64,000 nt of DNA from NCBI RefSeq assembly GCF_018350175.1, contig NC_058368.1:67210001-67274000 (forward strand). Direction: 5' to 3'. Origin of the DNA: Felis catus. Its lineage: Eukaryota. Position 1 is the stretch's first letter, and every line of letters begins with the position of its first letter. The translations under genes were made by a program, and so were the position numbers. Below the pieces are notes generated by a model that saw nothing but the letters and a program-made list of their open reading frames with translations, was not told the DNA's origin and made no database searches. This document shows, one piece after another, positions 51,713 to 63,966 of the stretch.

Positions 51713-51728
51713 TGACCTTAAATGACCT
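51713..51728 (-). promoter_or_regulatory. Perfect DR4 nuclear-receptor element (TR/LXR/CAR with RXR type)
   Basis: AGGTCA-TTTA-AGGTCA on the - strand; both half-sites extend to TAAGGTCA. Confidence 0.45.
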
Positions 51729-53149
51729 TACGAGTAACAAGCAAAGTAAAGGTGCCAGGATTTCACTGGAACGAAACCAAACACTATTCTGGACGCTGGC
51801 CGTCAAGTGATGCTGGCTGCCTACAAGAGTACGAAGCTTCTTTCTCTCCTCACTTTCTGCCGCCTCCGTCTCTCTCTCTCTCCCCTTACCAGCCATGCCA
51901 TAAGAATGGGGGCAAAGGAATGGCATTTGCTAGAGAAAAGGAGTTTTCTGTGGGTGTTTATTCACTATATGGGGAACAGCTGGGAGCCATCTGATGTCAT
52001 AAGAGATTTCTTGCTCGCTGAAATGTGTGTCTTAGTCTATGATTAAATAACAGTAAGTAAATCTAGAGGCACCTGGGTGGCTCAGTCAGTTAAGCCTCTA
52101 ACTTTAGCTCAGGTCGTGATCTCACGGTTTGTGAGTTCGAGCCCCAAGTTGGGCACTGTGCTGACAGCAGAAAGCCTGCTTGGGATTCTCTCTCTCTCTC
52201 TCTCTCTCTCTGCCCCTCCCTCTCATCTCCCTCTCAAAATACGTAAATTAATGTAATTTTTAAAATATTTATTTATTTTGAGAGAGAGCACGTGCGTGAG
52301 TGTGCTCCTGCCCATAAGTAGGGGAGGGGGCAGAGAGATAGAGAGGGAGTCAGAGGATCCAAGGCAGGCTCCACACTGACAGCGGAGAGCTGGATGCAGG
52401 GCTTGAACTCACAAACTGAGAGATCATGATATGAGCTGAAGTCAGACGCTTAACCAACTCAGCCACCTGGGCGCCCCAAATAAATAAACTTTAAAAAAAA
52501 AAAAAGAAGAAGAAGAAAAACTCCAAGTTTTGTCTTAGGCTTATTTTGGGGGTGAAAACTGCCAAAGAAACATTCAACATGCTTTTGTCCCGACAAAAAA
52601 TGGCATAATTTTTTATGTGTGCTGCCCCAAGGTAGGTGAATTGTATTCTCACCGCAGAATCTGGACAGGATGAGCCACCATAAAATTGTCTCTATGCCGA
52701 GAGAATGCCATGCATGGGGCTGACACGTGCCCGTGTCGTGGTGAAGGTGGCAATGGAGCTAAAGCAGCCACGGTTGGACTTGGAATTCTGCATCTGGGTG
52801 CTGCGTGCTCCTTCCCGGAAGCCCCAGAGATTGTCAGGATGGCTTGTCTCCATTACCAGTCTCTTGGAGGCCAGGACCTTACCTTATTTATCCTGGTATC
52901 CTCAGTACCCACCACGGTGGCTGGCTCCTAGCAGGCACTCACTAAAGTTTTGTGGACCAAACAAATGGAAGAAGAAATTGTTCACGGAGCTAAATTGTAA
53001 CATTTAATAGATGGAGAGGGCATCTCCTGTCACCAAGCTCTGGCCAAGGGAGAAGGCCCCAGGGAAGTGCTTAAAAGGAGAAGAGCCAGGAGCATTTTTT
53101 ATGACGAGACGCAAGACGGATTTTTCCAGACACATAATGATTTAGAGCT

Positions 53150-53320
53150 TCGCTTCGTAATGTATGGTCCTCAGACCGGCAGCATCTGTATCCCTTGGGA
53201 GCTTGCTAGAAATTCAGAATCTCGGGCTCTACCACAGACCTACTGAATCAAAATCCGCATTTTAACAACATCTCCGGGTGTCTCCTATGCACATTAAAAG
53301 TTTGAGAAATCCCGTTTAGA
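53150..53320. mobile_element. MER5A/B (hAT-Charlie)
   Basis: GGGAGCTTGCTAGAAATTCAGAATCTC...CAGACCTACTGAATCA. Confidence 0.75.
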
Positions 53321-54429
53321 GCTTGGTGCTGGAGTCTAATGGACTCGCCACTTACTAACTAAGGGTCTGAATCTCTCTGTGCTTCAGTTTTCTTACCTGT
53401 TAGATGGTGTGTAAACAAGATAACATAGGCAAAGTGCCTTATACGATGCCAGATGGAGACACTCACCATGGAGGGTAGCGCTCATTACTGTGACCAGGTC
53501 TTTCAGTGCCGTGAAGCTCACATCTCAACTGTTGGGAGGTGACAGTTCCTTCTGTTCCATCAATTTGCTTCTGGCCAGACCACAGTAGCTGCTTCCTGAA
53601 ATCCAAAGCCTAACAGAAGGATGCCTCTCATCCCTGTGTCACATTTATAATCATGCAAAGGTTACAGAGCTCATCAGAGTCACACCGTTTATGCTTGGGA
53701 TTCGCTAGGCCTCATAAGGTGAGACCACGCTGTATTGGGAAGTCAGGTTCTGACCGCAGATGTGAGCCTGTTTGTCACGGCAGTCATGTGCCACGTCTGT
53801 CCGAAATGGGAAGAAAAGATCCGCTTCGTGCTCCATTTAGGGAAGCAGTGCTGTGTTCACACGTTGGGCAGCCAAGAAAGGACAAAGCTTTACTCAGGTG
53901 TTGCTAGCCCGGAGGACTGGGAAAAACTTTGTGATGGTATAATACATTGATTTGAGTCATATTCACATTTCACAAAGCGCTTTCACAGACATTATTACTT
54001 TTATCCAAAAGATAGTATTCCATGGCCCCCATTTTATGGGCAAGGTAACTGAGGCTCACAGGGGAGCATATTTATAACTTTGCGTGGTCATCCACAGATT
54101 TTGAGGGGAAACGTTCAGCATTTGGTACTAGCCCCCCAAACTTGTGTTTAAGTCCCAGTTCTGCCACTAATTTTTTGTGTGACCTTGTGTAAGTCATTTA
54201 AATTCACTTTGTTTCCCCCCCTCCTTTTTTTTTTTTTTTAAGTTTATTTATTTATTGAGAGAGAGAGAGAGACAGAGTGAGCACAGGTAGGGGAGGAACA
54301 GAGAGAAAGGGAGAAAGAAACCCAGGCAGGCTCCACGCTGTCAGCACAGAGCCCCATGTGGGGCTGGATCTCACAAACCACGACCTGAAGTTGGACGCTT
54401 AACCGACCGAGCCACCCAGGCATCCCTTA

Positions 54430-54970
54430 AATTTGCTTTAATCAGGGATGGTAAGACACACGGACACAAAATGCTGTCGTGAAGGAAGAAGTTTTTATAC
54501 TCACAGACCCCTAGAGGAAGGAGGCATGGCTCCCCACACTGAACCAGTAGGGACGCTCCAGAGCCTGTCAGGAGGCCGGAGTGAGAGGGAAGCCTGGCCG
54601 ACGCCGGCACTACGGTTTTGCCGGGTTTGCCGGGAGGGAGCGGGCGGAGCAGAGGAATCGGGTTAAACAAGTTCCGGATTGGCTGGCCTGAAAGATCTCC
54701 GCGGGCTCTGGGGCGTAGGGGCGGTCCTAAATTGTCTGTACCTGGCCCCTGGGTTGATTAGGGTAGAGACAGAGGCTTGCAGTGTGAAAGCTGGAGAATT
54801 GAGGTCGTTGGGGGAGTGGGCCTTGGCTTTGTTGATTTGCATACGAAAGGTGCTCTGGATCGTGAGCCTAGGTAAGCCCCGAAGGGCAGTGTCTCCCCCA
54901 GCGGTCACGTGAGGCTCTAGCCGCCAGAGCACTGAGAATGCAGTAACTAAGAACATGCAATCAATATCGT
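54430..54970 (-). mobile_element. Old ERVL-type LTR (MER74/MER76-group-like)
   Basis: GAAGGAAGAAGTTTTTATACTCACAGA and GGGCTCTGGGGCGTAGGGG...GTACCTGGCCCCTGGG recalled from this group; family assignment tentative. Confidence 0.55.
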
Positions 54971-57900
54971 ATGATAGCAGCTCCCGGGGTGTTTGCAGAG
55001 GTAGGTCAGCGAGGCCAGTGCTTTCCCATTTCGCTTCTCCTTCGGGCTTTGCGTGCTTGCCTGGTTTTCGGCGCTGGTTTTCTCCTGGTAAATATTTCTT
55101 GTGGAAAGGGTTCAGGTTTATTTTTCACAGGGTTCACTGCTCTTCTCTCTGCCCACGGCCCATCTGACCACACATGCGACAAGTCAGCTCTACCGTGTCT
55201 CCTCTGCACGGATTCCGTTACTCGTTCGTTCTCTTCCTAAAAGACACAAAGGACGCTTTCGGGGCAAACGGTATGGTGGCGTTAGTAATTTCAAAACGTC
55301 CTGCTGCTGCGCACTTTTAGGTGATCCCAGGGTGCTTCGTAACTCTGTTGCTCTTAAATGAACCTGGGATAATGAAGCTGCCAGGAACCAGCTGGTTTAC
55401 AACTGGGCTTTGGCCAGATTTTTGTATGTATTACAAGAAAATTGATTACCAAAGGTTGACAATTTGGCAAATTGCCGTGATGCCATATTACAACTACAAA
55501 GGAACCCGGTAAATAGTTAATTCATTTATTCACTAATAAGTGCCTTCATCAAAGCGTTCATTAGAGTCCTTGGCACACAATATAGGTCTGGGGACTCAGT
55601 GAGGAAAAGGACATAAGCTTATCCTCAGTGGAGGTGCTGACAACCGTGTAGCTGACAATTAGCTCAGAATGAGAAGTGAGATCTGATGGTAAAGTTCAGG
55701 GGGGAGGCAGACTTCCCAGAAGAACGAGTGCTTGATCCGGCTTGAAAGATGGGTAGAAGTTTGCCAAGGAGAGAGACAGGGAGTGCATTTCAGGCCATGG
55801 GACTCCTCCAGCTCTACAATTTATTAACTGCACGACTCCGGGCAAAACGCTGGACCCCTGAGCTCTCCATCTGTAAAATGGGAACCATATCCCCTCCTTC
55901 AGAGGCTGGTGATGAGGATTAAGTGAGTTAACTTGTGGAGAGCGTTTAGAACAGTGTCAGGCACAGAAAGCAAAGGCCTCAGAGCCGGAAGGAACCAAGT
56001 GCCTCAGGGAACTGTGAGCAGGAAGAGTGGGGGGGGGGGGGGGGGACGTGAAAAGTCAGCCTGCAGGTATCGCAGAAGGGGAGCTTGCCAAGGGACCTTT
56101 AAGCTCCCTGAAGAAATGTAGACTTTGTCTCAGAGAGGCTGGAGAGCTATTGAGACATTTCAAACAGAGAATACCGGATAGGGCCTGCATTCTAGAAAGA
56201 TCGTGCCGTATTTCGTATCAGAACCTGAACCAAGGGGACAGCAGTGGGAACAGACAAGGAAGATACTTAGGGGTAGAAGTGATAAGACTTAGCAATGTGG
56301 TGGCTCATGAGGGGTGAGTCGCATTAAGGACGCCCCTGAGCACTCCTGTCTGGAGATATGAGCGGTGACAGAGAAAGCTGCTGCAGAGCAGGTCGAAAGC
56401 TTAATGCAACCTCAGGGAGTCACATAAGAATATCAGAGTTAGGAGGGTAATAGTATTACCCCATATTTTGTAGTTCCGTTGTCTTGTGCTGGTCTTGGGC
56501 ACCATATTTTAAAGGATCTGGACATAAATCACATTCATTGACTCTAGAGGACAATGAGTTGGAGGATGAGGGTTCATGAAATAAATTCACAATGGCAATG
56601 GTCTAACCTGGAATAAAGGGGGGGGGGAAGAATATGGTCGAGGAGGGGGAGTGGGAAAGAGACAAGTATTACTACTGGGTAAACTTTGCTTTGGAATCAG
56701 ATGTAGGGGCTCTACAAAGAAGAAACTTCTACTGGAGCTGCCCAACAATAAAATAGGTTGTCCCACAAAGAACTGGCTAGAAGGATCCAGGGGAGGCTGA
56801 CGATTCTCTGCTAAAATGTTGGTAGAAATAATTCCTGCACTGGCTGGGAAGGTAGAGTAGTCATTTCCAGTTTGAGATCTGAGATTCCGTGAACATGTCA
56901 AAAGAGAAAGAGATATTTAAACATCAATTTTCCTGATTTGATGTTGACTTAAATATTTTTGGACAACTGTTGGGGTCGGTGCTGGGCACTTGAGAACATA
57001 GCAATAAAAAGACTTTGTCTTTGCCCTAGAAGGGAACATCAGTTAAAGTAGTAAATGTTCTAATATATATATTAATGTTATTATATTTGAACCAATGTAT
57101 TTATATGTTAGAATTAAAATAATGAATATGTAATTCCCCATCTATATTGATATTTTACAGACTCTTAAAAATTTCTTTTTAATATTCACTTATTTTTGAG
57201 AGAGAGAGAGAGAGAGAGAAAGAGAGCAAGTGAGCATGAGCAGGGGAGGGGCACAGAGAGAAGGAGACACAGAATCCGGCAGGCTTCAGGCTCTGAGCTG
57301 TCAGCACAGAGCCCAATGCAGGGCTGGAACTCACAAACCATGAGATCATGACCTGAGCCAAAGTCAGATGCCCAACTGACTGAGCCACCCAGGCACCCCC
57401 ATATTGATATTTTAAAAGGTCCTAAGCAAATCCAAGGGATGCCACCTAACCCTTGCCAGGGAAGGAATGACTCCTAAATTTAAGCATAAAGCTAAATGAT
57501 GGGGACTGGAGATTTGACAGGACAAGTATTGCCCTTTTTTTTTTTTTTTTTAATGTTTATTTACTTTTGTGAGAGAGAGGGAGAGAGAGTGCGCGCAAGA
57601 GGGGGAGAGGCAGAGGGAGGGAGACAGATCTGAGGCAGGCTCCACAATGACAGCAGAAAGCCCGATGTGGGGCCCTGGGGCTCGAACTCACAAACCGTGA
57701 GATCACAACCTGAAGTAAAGTCCCACGCTTAACCAACTGGGCCATCCAGGACAAGTCTTACCTTTAAATTTCTTTGGCTCAATATTTTTGGTTCATATGT
57801 ACCAAATATAGCCCATGTATAAAAACCAGACCAGCCATCCTCTTGGGAGACTGATTCTGTCCAGAACACAAAATGTGGACTTTTGGCAAGTGGGGCAGAG

Positions 57901-58549
57901 GGACTGAAGGCTATTTTCTATCTAACTACAGCCAGATGTTTTCATTTAATCCACCAGCAAACACTGAGCCAGTTTTATCTGAGGGTTTCAGCCCGCTCAA
58001 TAGGATTCCTATAAATGTCCCTACCAAACTGATTCTCTGCTATATCGAGATCCTTCCTTGGCCCTGTGCCCTGGCTCCATGTGCTTACTGCTTTGCTCAG
58101 CCTCCCAGTTCCCGGAGATCAGCTGATGCCCACTCTCCCTCCTGTTTGAACCTGGACTTCAGACCCCTTGTTTCGTTCTGCCGGCTAATGTTTGGGTTCC
58201 AGGCCAGACCTGTCTTATTACTGTCCTGCACGATAATTCCAGCCTGCTTGCCCACTCAGCCCTGACCCATTGCCTTCTCTGAACTCAACTGATCTGCCTC
58301 CTGCTTCCACTCCCTCACCAGAACACGCTCTCCTGCCACCCTGTGCCTCAGGAAGAACTACCGGGGGATATCTCCAAGCTGTGAGCATTTGGGGGAAAAA
58401 GAGAAGCAGGTGGGAAAGGGTGAAGCAGAAATACAAAGCCTAGTTGACAAATGGAAGTGCCAACAGTCGGTTGTGGCTTTGATAGGAGGTGGAGCCACAA
58501 AGAGGGACCAGCGGACACTATTATAGAATGATCTGGAATCCATTTGTAT

Positions 58550-59025
58550 TATATTATTATATTATATTATTAATATTATATTATCTTGTATTATTATATA
58601 TACTATATATACATATATATAATATATGTATACATATATATAATATATATACATATATGCATATATGTATATACATATATACATATATACTATATATACA
58701 TATATACTATGTACTATATAGTATATATACTATATATATATACTATATATACATATATACTATATATACATATATACATATACTATATATACATATATAA
58801 TATATATACTATACTATATATACATATATATACTATATATACTATATATACATATATATAATATATATATACTATATATACATATACATAATATATATAT
58901 ACACTATATATACATATATATACTATGTATATTATACATATATAATATGTATACATATATACATATATAATATGTATATTATATATACATATATAGTATA
59001 TATACAATATTATATATTGTATTAT
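58550..59025. repeat. Degenerate (TA)n/(TATAC)-type low-complexity tract
   Basis: About 470 bp made almost entirely of TA dinucleotides. Confidence 0.95.
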
Positions 59026-59170
59026 AACATGGGAAAATACCCGTGTTATCCTACTGACAACCTCTATCCCAGATTCAAGTTAGGACTGGGAACAACAGTC
59101 CTAGTTAGGACTGGGAACAAGTTTGAGCCTGAGAGAAGGTAGCTCTTTCCCCTTGAAACTTCCTATTCCA

Positions 59171-59205
59171 GCTGTAGCTCCAACTCTATCCTGTAGGGGG
59201 CGCCG
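59171..59205 (+). promoter_or_regulatory. CTCF site candidate (core plus upstream module)
   Basis: Core CCTGTAGGGGGCGC (59190-59203) fits CCWSYAGRKGGCRC. GCTGTAGCTCC (59171-59181) resembles the TGCAG-type upstream module. Confidence 0.6.
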
Positions 59206-62200
59206 AGGTCCTTGTGGGCCCAGTATTATGGCCTCTGCTCTGTCCCGCTCTTTCTGCTTCTGCTTCTGGTGCCTTCGTTAATCCTTCCTGGGAGTGGTGG
59301 GGGCGGGATGGAGGTGGGAGTCTGCCTTTGCCCAGGGTGGTGAGCCATCCAGTTTGTGGTCCAATTCCACTAGAATTATACAGCAGATTCATGCTAGCAT
59401 GTTTGTGCCACGTGGACATGCACATGTGGACCCAGCTGGTTCTTCAGCCAACTATACAGCCGTACCACTCTCACCATGCAGACACACTTACACATTCCAC
59501 ACACACGCACACAGGCTCACATTCACCGTGTGGGTACCACACACACACACAGACACCAACCATTCAGGTTCCACGTCAAACCACACACAACCACCCACCA
59601 GTGCAGAACTTCGCACGTATCGCACGCAATACCCAGAGGAGCCAAAAGACAGACTCCGAGACTGAGGTTTTCGCTAACAGTTAGAAATGTGGAACCACTG
59701 GACCGAAAGTTGAAAATCGCTGCTCGTCAGCACCAGAATAGGAAGAAATTCACACTGAAGCAGGGGTCAGCAGAGGAAACTTAGCTTCTGGCCTCATCCT
59801 CGATGCCTCTCACAGCCCTGGAGTACAGTCTCGACCACACTGTCCTCTTTGTCTACTAGATGTACTTTTAATCACCTTACCTCCTTCTGGGTCTCCTAGC
59901 TTGCTAAGTACAGGTGAAATTTGGGGCCTGGCACGTTGTGAAATGATCAGTTTCCTCCCTCCCTCGTTTCCTTTCCTTTTCTTCCTTCCTTCCTTTCTTC
60001 CCGCCTTCCTCCTTTCTATCTCCCTCCCTCCTCTCCTTCCTTTCAGAGTAGGGACCTTGAAACCTGACTTCCTGTTCAAATCCCAGGCCTGTCATTACTA
60101 GCTGCGTGACCTTGGTCTAGTTACTTAACCTCTTTCAGTTTCCTTATCTTTAAAATGAGGTTAATAATATTTTCCCTATGAGAAAGGTTAAATGAGTTGA
60201 TATACATATGAGTTAGCCATTATTGTTGTTTGCTCCAAACCACAATTCTAGTCTTTTAAGACTGCCTTAAATCATGAAATTTGGTCATCTTTATGTTAGC
60301 TACTTTCCCAGCTTAGCATCATCTAAAAACCTGCAGCATATTCCCTGTGGTCTCTGTGGGTTTACTCCTACCCTTCCCCGCTCCTGCCCCAGAATTCCAG
60401 ATGGCTGCACATATTTCTTTTCTTTCTTTCATTTATTTTTGAGAGAGACGGAGCATGAGTGGGGGAGGGGCAGAGAGAGAGGAAGACACAGAATCCGAAG
60501 CGGGCTCCAGGCCCTGAACTGTCAGCACAGAGCCCGACGCAGGGCTCAAACTCACGAACCAGAAGATCATGACCTGAATGGAAGTTGGAGGCTCAACCCT
60601 TGGAGCCACCCAGGCGCCCCGCCCTTGCTTCTTTCAAACTGCTGACTCCAGGCTTTCACCAAGCCTTCCCTCTTCGGAATTCCATGCTATTTTCTTTGTC
60701 TCCTCCCCACAACCCCCTCCTGACTTTCCTGCTTGTTTGGATGAAACCACCACTCAGCTGGTCACCTAGGCTAGAAACCTGGAGTCACGTAATGCCTGCC
60801 TGGGCTTCTTCAGACCCCATATCCAGTCACTTGCCTACTCCTGCAGAATCTGCCCGCCACACCCTCCTCTTCTCCCGGTTGGGAGGTTTGCCTTGTCTCT
60901 GGTTCAGCCAATTGCCTACCTGGGCTCAGTCTCAGGGTGCTCCCTGCTGAACTAGATTGGGACCAGATATTAGAAAGACAGATTTTTCAAGGCACCTGGG
61001 TGGCTCAGTCGGTTAAGTGTCTGACTTCTGCTCAGGTCATGATCTCACCACTGGGGGTTTGAGCCCCGCATCAGGCTCTTGCTGACAGCTCAGAACCTGG
61101 AGCCTGCTTCAGATTCTGTGTCTCCCTCTCTCTCTGCTCCTCCCCTGCTTGCTCTCTCTCTCTCTCTCTCAAAAATAAATAAACATCAAAAAAAAAAAAA
61201 AAGTTTTTCTGCTCTTCTACTTGCTCTAAAATTCGCCAAGTCAAACTTGCAAAGGGAGACTTGCCCATTTAATTTTGGCCTTTATTCATTGCATTTAGGG
61301 AGCACTTACTCCGTGCCAGACCCCACTTTACATAGCGTCTCATTTAATTCCCAGAGTGACCATCTGAGGCGGGCACTACAGTCACATCTGTTCTATAGGT
61401 GAGGTAACTAGAGTTTAGGGAAGTCACATAAGTGGCTCAATTTCATGGCTAAGGTGGTGTCCTGGGAAGGATTCAAGTGTCAGACTGTGACTCCTGAACC
61501 CAGTCCATTGTCCATCCACCGAGGATGCGCCCTGGATAATTCCCAGCAAAAGGAACACACCACGACGGTGCTGACTTTCTAGTCTCCCTGCTGCAACCAG
61601 ACTGGCCTTGTGCTTAATCTTTTTCCTAGTCTGTGCCTCTGCTCACGCCATTTGGGGCAAATGCCTTTCTTTGTCATCCCTCACGTCTCTCTCCCTTCAA
61701 CCTCTACCTCAGATTCCACCTCTCATGCAAAGGCTTTTTAATCTTCTAACCAGAAGGGACCTTTGTCTCCATCTGCTCCCCCGCCCTCCCCCCCCCCCCC
61801 CCATGGCATTGGGTACTTTCCTTATTGTGATTTTGTTTCTCTGGCTTGTATTGTGGTTACTTGTGTACTTGTTTTTTGCCACCACTCGATTATAAACCCT
61901 GTGAAAACAGAGGTTGAACAAAGTCTTTCTGTCCCTTGCCTGGAAGAGTGCCCTGCATAAAATCCATGCTCTGAAGGTGCATGCTGAGTTAGTGAATTTT
62001 TGGTCAGGTTGAATGAATGGGTGCAAGGACAGGACCACAGGGGCTGGCCGCCATCCTCGGTGCCATCACTGAGCCTATCTGGGGGTCTACCAGGCCCGTG
62101 TCTCTGCTTCCTGTCCCAAAGCATGGTGTGCTAGAAGTTGTGAGGCGTCTTAGGAACCCAGTAACCACCCTCATCAAAAGGGAGTGTCTAATTCGGTGCT

Positions 62201-63963
62201 TCTTGCTCTTAGGAATCATGCTGGCTCCTGACAGGACCTTCTTTCTTTACTAAGAGCAAACCATCTCTTTAATTATCTATTCTAGAATTTACCTGGGGTT
62301 TGCTACCAAGCTTTCCAGTGGCATTTCTGGCATTTGGGACATTTCCGTGATCCCCACCCTTCTCCCTGATCTTGTTTTCCTTCGCTGTAAGATCACATAG
62401 GGTCCTCTCATTCAGATGTTAACATTAGGAGAAATCTCAGGCACCATTCACAATGTTCTCTTTGGGCCATCGAAAACAGCCTGCATTCGAAAGGTGAACT
62501 GAGAAATCAGAATGAGATCAAAACGACTCTGATTATTCTAATTATTTGAACAGACTCACTCTCTGAGGATTTTCTATACTGTGAGTGGTTCTGGGCTGAG
62601 TCCGCCTCTTGGTAGTCAATGGCTGGGAGATATGGATGTGGCTGTGGGTCTTGTCCATAAATCACGCAGCCACGTGTGGCCACGGTCAGCGGAAAAAAGA
62701 CCTCTCCAGCTCCTCATCTGCTGGATTCTGGAGACTGGCGGGACCGCATGGCCATTTCTGTGAGGGTTCAAGTTTCTGCACGTTATGAGCAATCGGTAGA
62801 AAGTGCAGGGTAAACAGAAAGTGCCATTCACTGACAGCAGAGCCTAAATTACAAGCCCTAACCTTCTCGAGATAGCTGGGTACTGGCTGGGTTATCTGTA
62901 TTACAAAACAGGTCTGAGGATGATTGCTTTGGAAATAGTCCCGCTTTTATGTGTCTTACTTTATTTTAACTCACACGGTGGAGATGAGGAGTGGAAAATC
63001 ATTTTCTAACAATAAGCTATTTCCTTCCTGGGATTTTTTTTTTCTGTCAGGATTTTCTCTTAGTTACCCGGTTCCCCAACCCCACACACATCCTGCCACT
63101 CTGCTGTATTTCCTTAGCTTCATAAAGTATTTGTGATTCTCTTTTATTACGAACTTAATTCACAGGTCTTCTCTTCCTATTTATAAATCTTGACTCGCCC
63201 TTTAATCAGCATGTATTTATTTATTACCTTTTAACCTCTCTTATGTCTCATGACTTTTATTTTGTTTTTCCTGTATGTAAAAGTGATGCTCTCCACTGTA
63301 CCAGTGTGTGGGGACCAAGGCTATCGTCGTACATTTGTGCCCCAATTCAAGTGCAGTCCAGGCAGAAATCAGACTTTTTCAGGGGTCCTGCTCTCAATAT
63401 TTTGGAGCTTCCCTGGTGATGCTTGTAATCATCTCCTCATCTCCTACCTGCTGTTTTCCTATGTTTTCTATGCAGTTGTGGCTTCTAGAGAGACCCCTGC
63501 TTCCCTCTCCCCACGGCATTGCTGTGCATAAGCTCCTCCCCCTTAGAATTCCCCTGCCATCTTTTCTCCCTCAAGGTCATATTTCCAGCACTGCTGGCCT
63601 CGCATGTCCCTGTATCTACTCTGTCTCCTTCTCTCCTCCCTCCCTGTGTTAACTTTAGGTAGACTGTCCCAAGGATCCCAAGACTGGTAGCAATTTCAGT
63701 TCACCTCGGGGTACACGTTTCTCACAAAATACACCCGCAGCCAGGATGGTGAAGTCAGGAGATGGCTCATGTTGGGGCCACGTTGGGCCAGGACCCTGCA
63801 ATCCTAACAATTTAAAGAAGCCTGATGCTGGGACCAGGTCATGGCCTTAGGCTCTTCTCCCTCTCTCCCCACCCTTTTTGGGGTTGACTGCAGGCTGGGA
63901 AGGAAACTGTTGCCCTTTTTGCAGTCTGGCAACAGTCTGGGGGCTCAGTGATGGTAGTAGAGG

Positions 63964-63966
<3 letters not shown>

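Larger units (their letters stand above)
1..61203. mobile_element. Umbrella entry: many further dispersed CAN-SINE copies
   Basis: tRNA-derived head GGGGCRCCTGGGTGGCTCAG, (CT)n and A tail. Approximate positions: 1-160+, 1751-1957+, 3945-4160+, 4218-4435+, 4848-5042+, 5688-5890+, 5982-6211-, 6321-6550+, 8935-9270+, 12895-13116-, 13140-13720-, 14495-14742-, 17584-17850+, 17963-18180+, 18965-19175+, 21952-22154-, 24118-24312+, 25135-25348-, 26010-26240-, 26830-27072-, 29415-29665-, 33485-33700-, 34105-34305-, 34468-34655+, 35790-36007-, 37058-37275+, 38320-38533-, 39805-40245+, 40265-40493-, 40973-41395+, 43799-44010+, 44567-44903-, 45005-45202-, 47130-47345-, 47985-48201-, 48825-49107-, 49612-49815+, 52067-52250+, 52262-52476-, 54225-54426-, 57175-57399-, 57535-57752-, 60418-60619-, 60990-61203+. 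Confidence 0.9.
53320..62030. mobile_element. Umbrella entry: ancient MIR, L2 and L3 fragments in intron 1
   Basis: MIR-like at ~53320-53470, 53960-54210, 55800-55980, 60050-60230 and 61280-61510. L2-like at ~55510-55800 and 61560-62030 (ends GAATGAATG). L3-like at ~56460-56900. Confidence 0.55.

Noticed and set aside
58489..59007. Tyr/Ile-rich ORFs
   Set aside because: Translation of the TA low-complexity tract.
59214..59784. Overlapping His/Thr-rich ORFs
   Set aside because: Caused by CA-rich low-complexity DNA.
330..61402. Recurring ORFs (PGHDLAVREFEPRV..., MAQSVK..., GQRETEHERG...) that look like a gene family or CRISPR-like repeats
   Set aside because: Translations of dispersed CAN-SINEs; no regular repeat-spacer array, and the DNA is eukaryotic.
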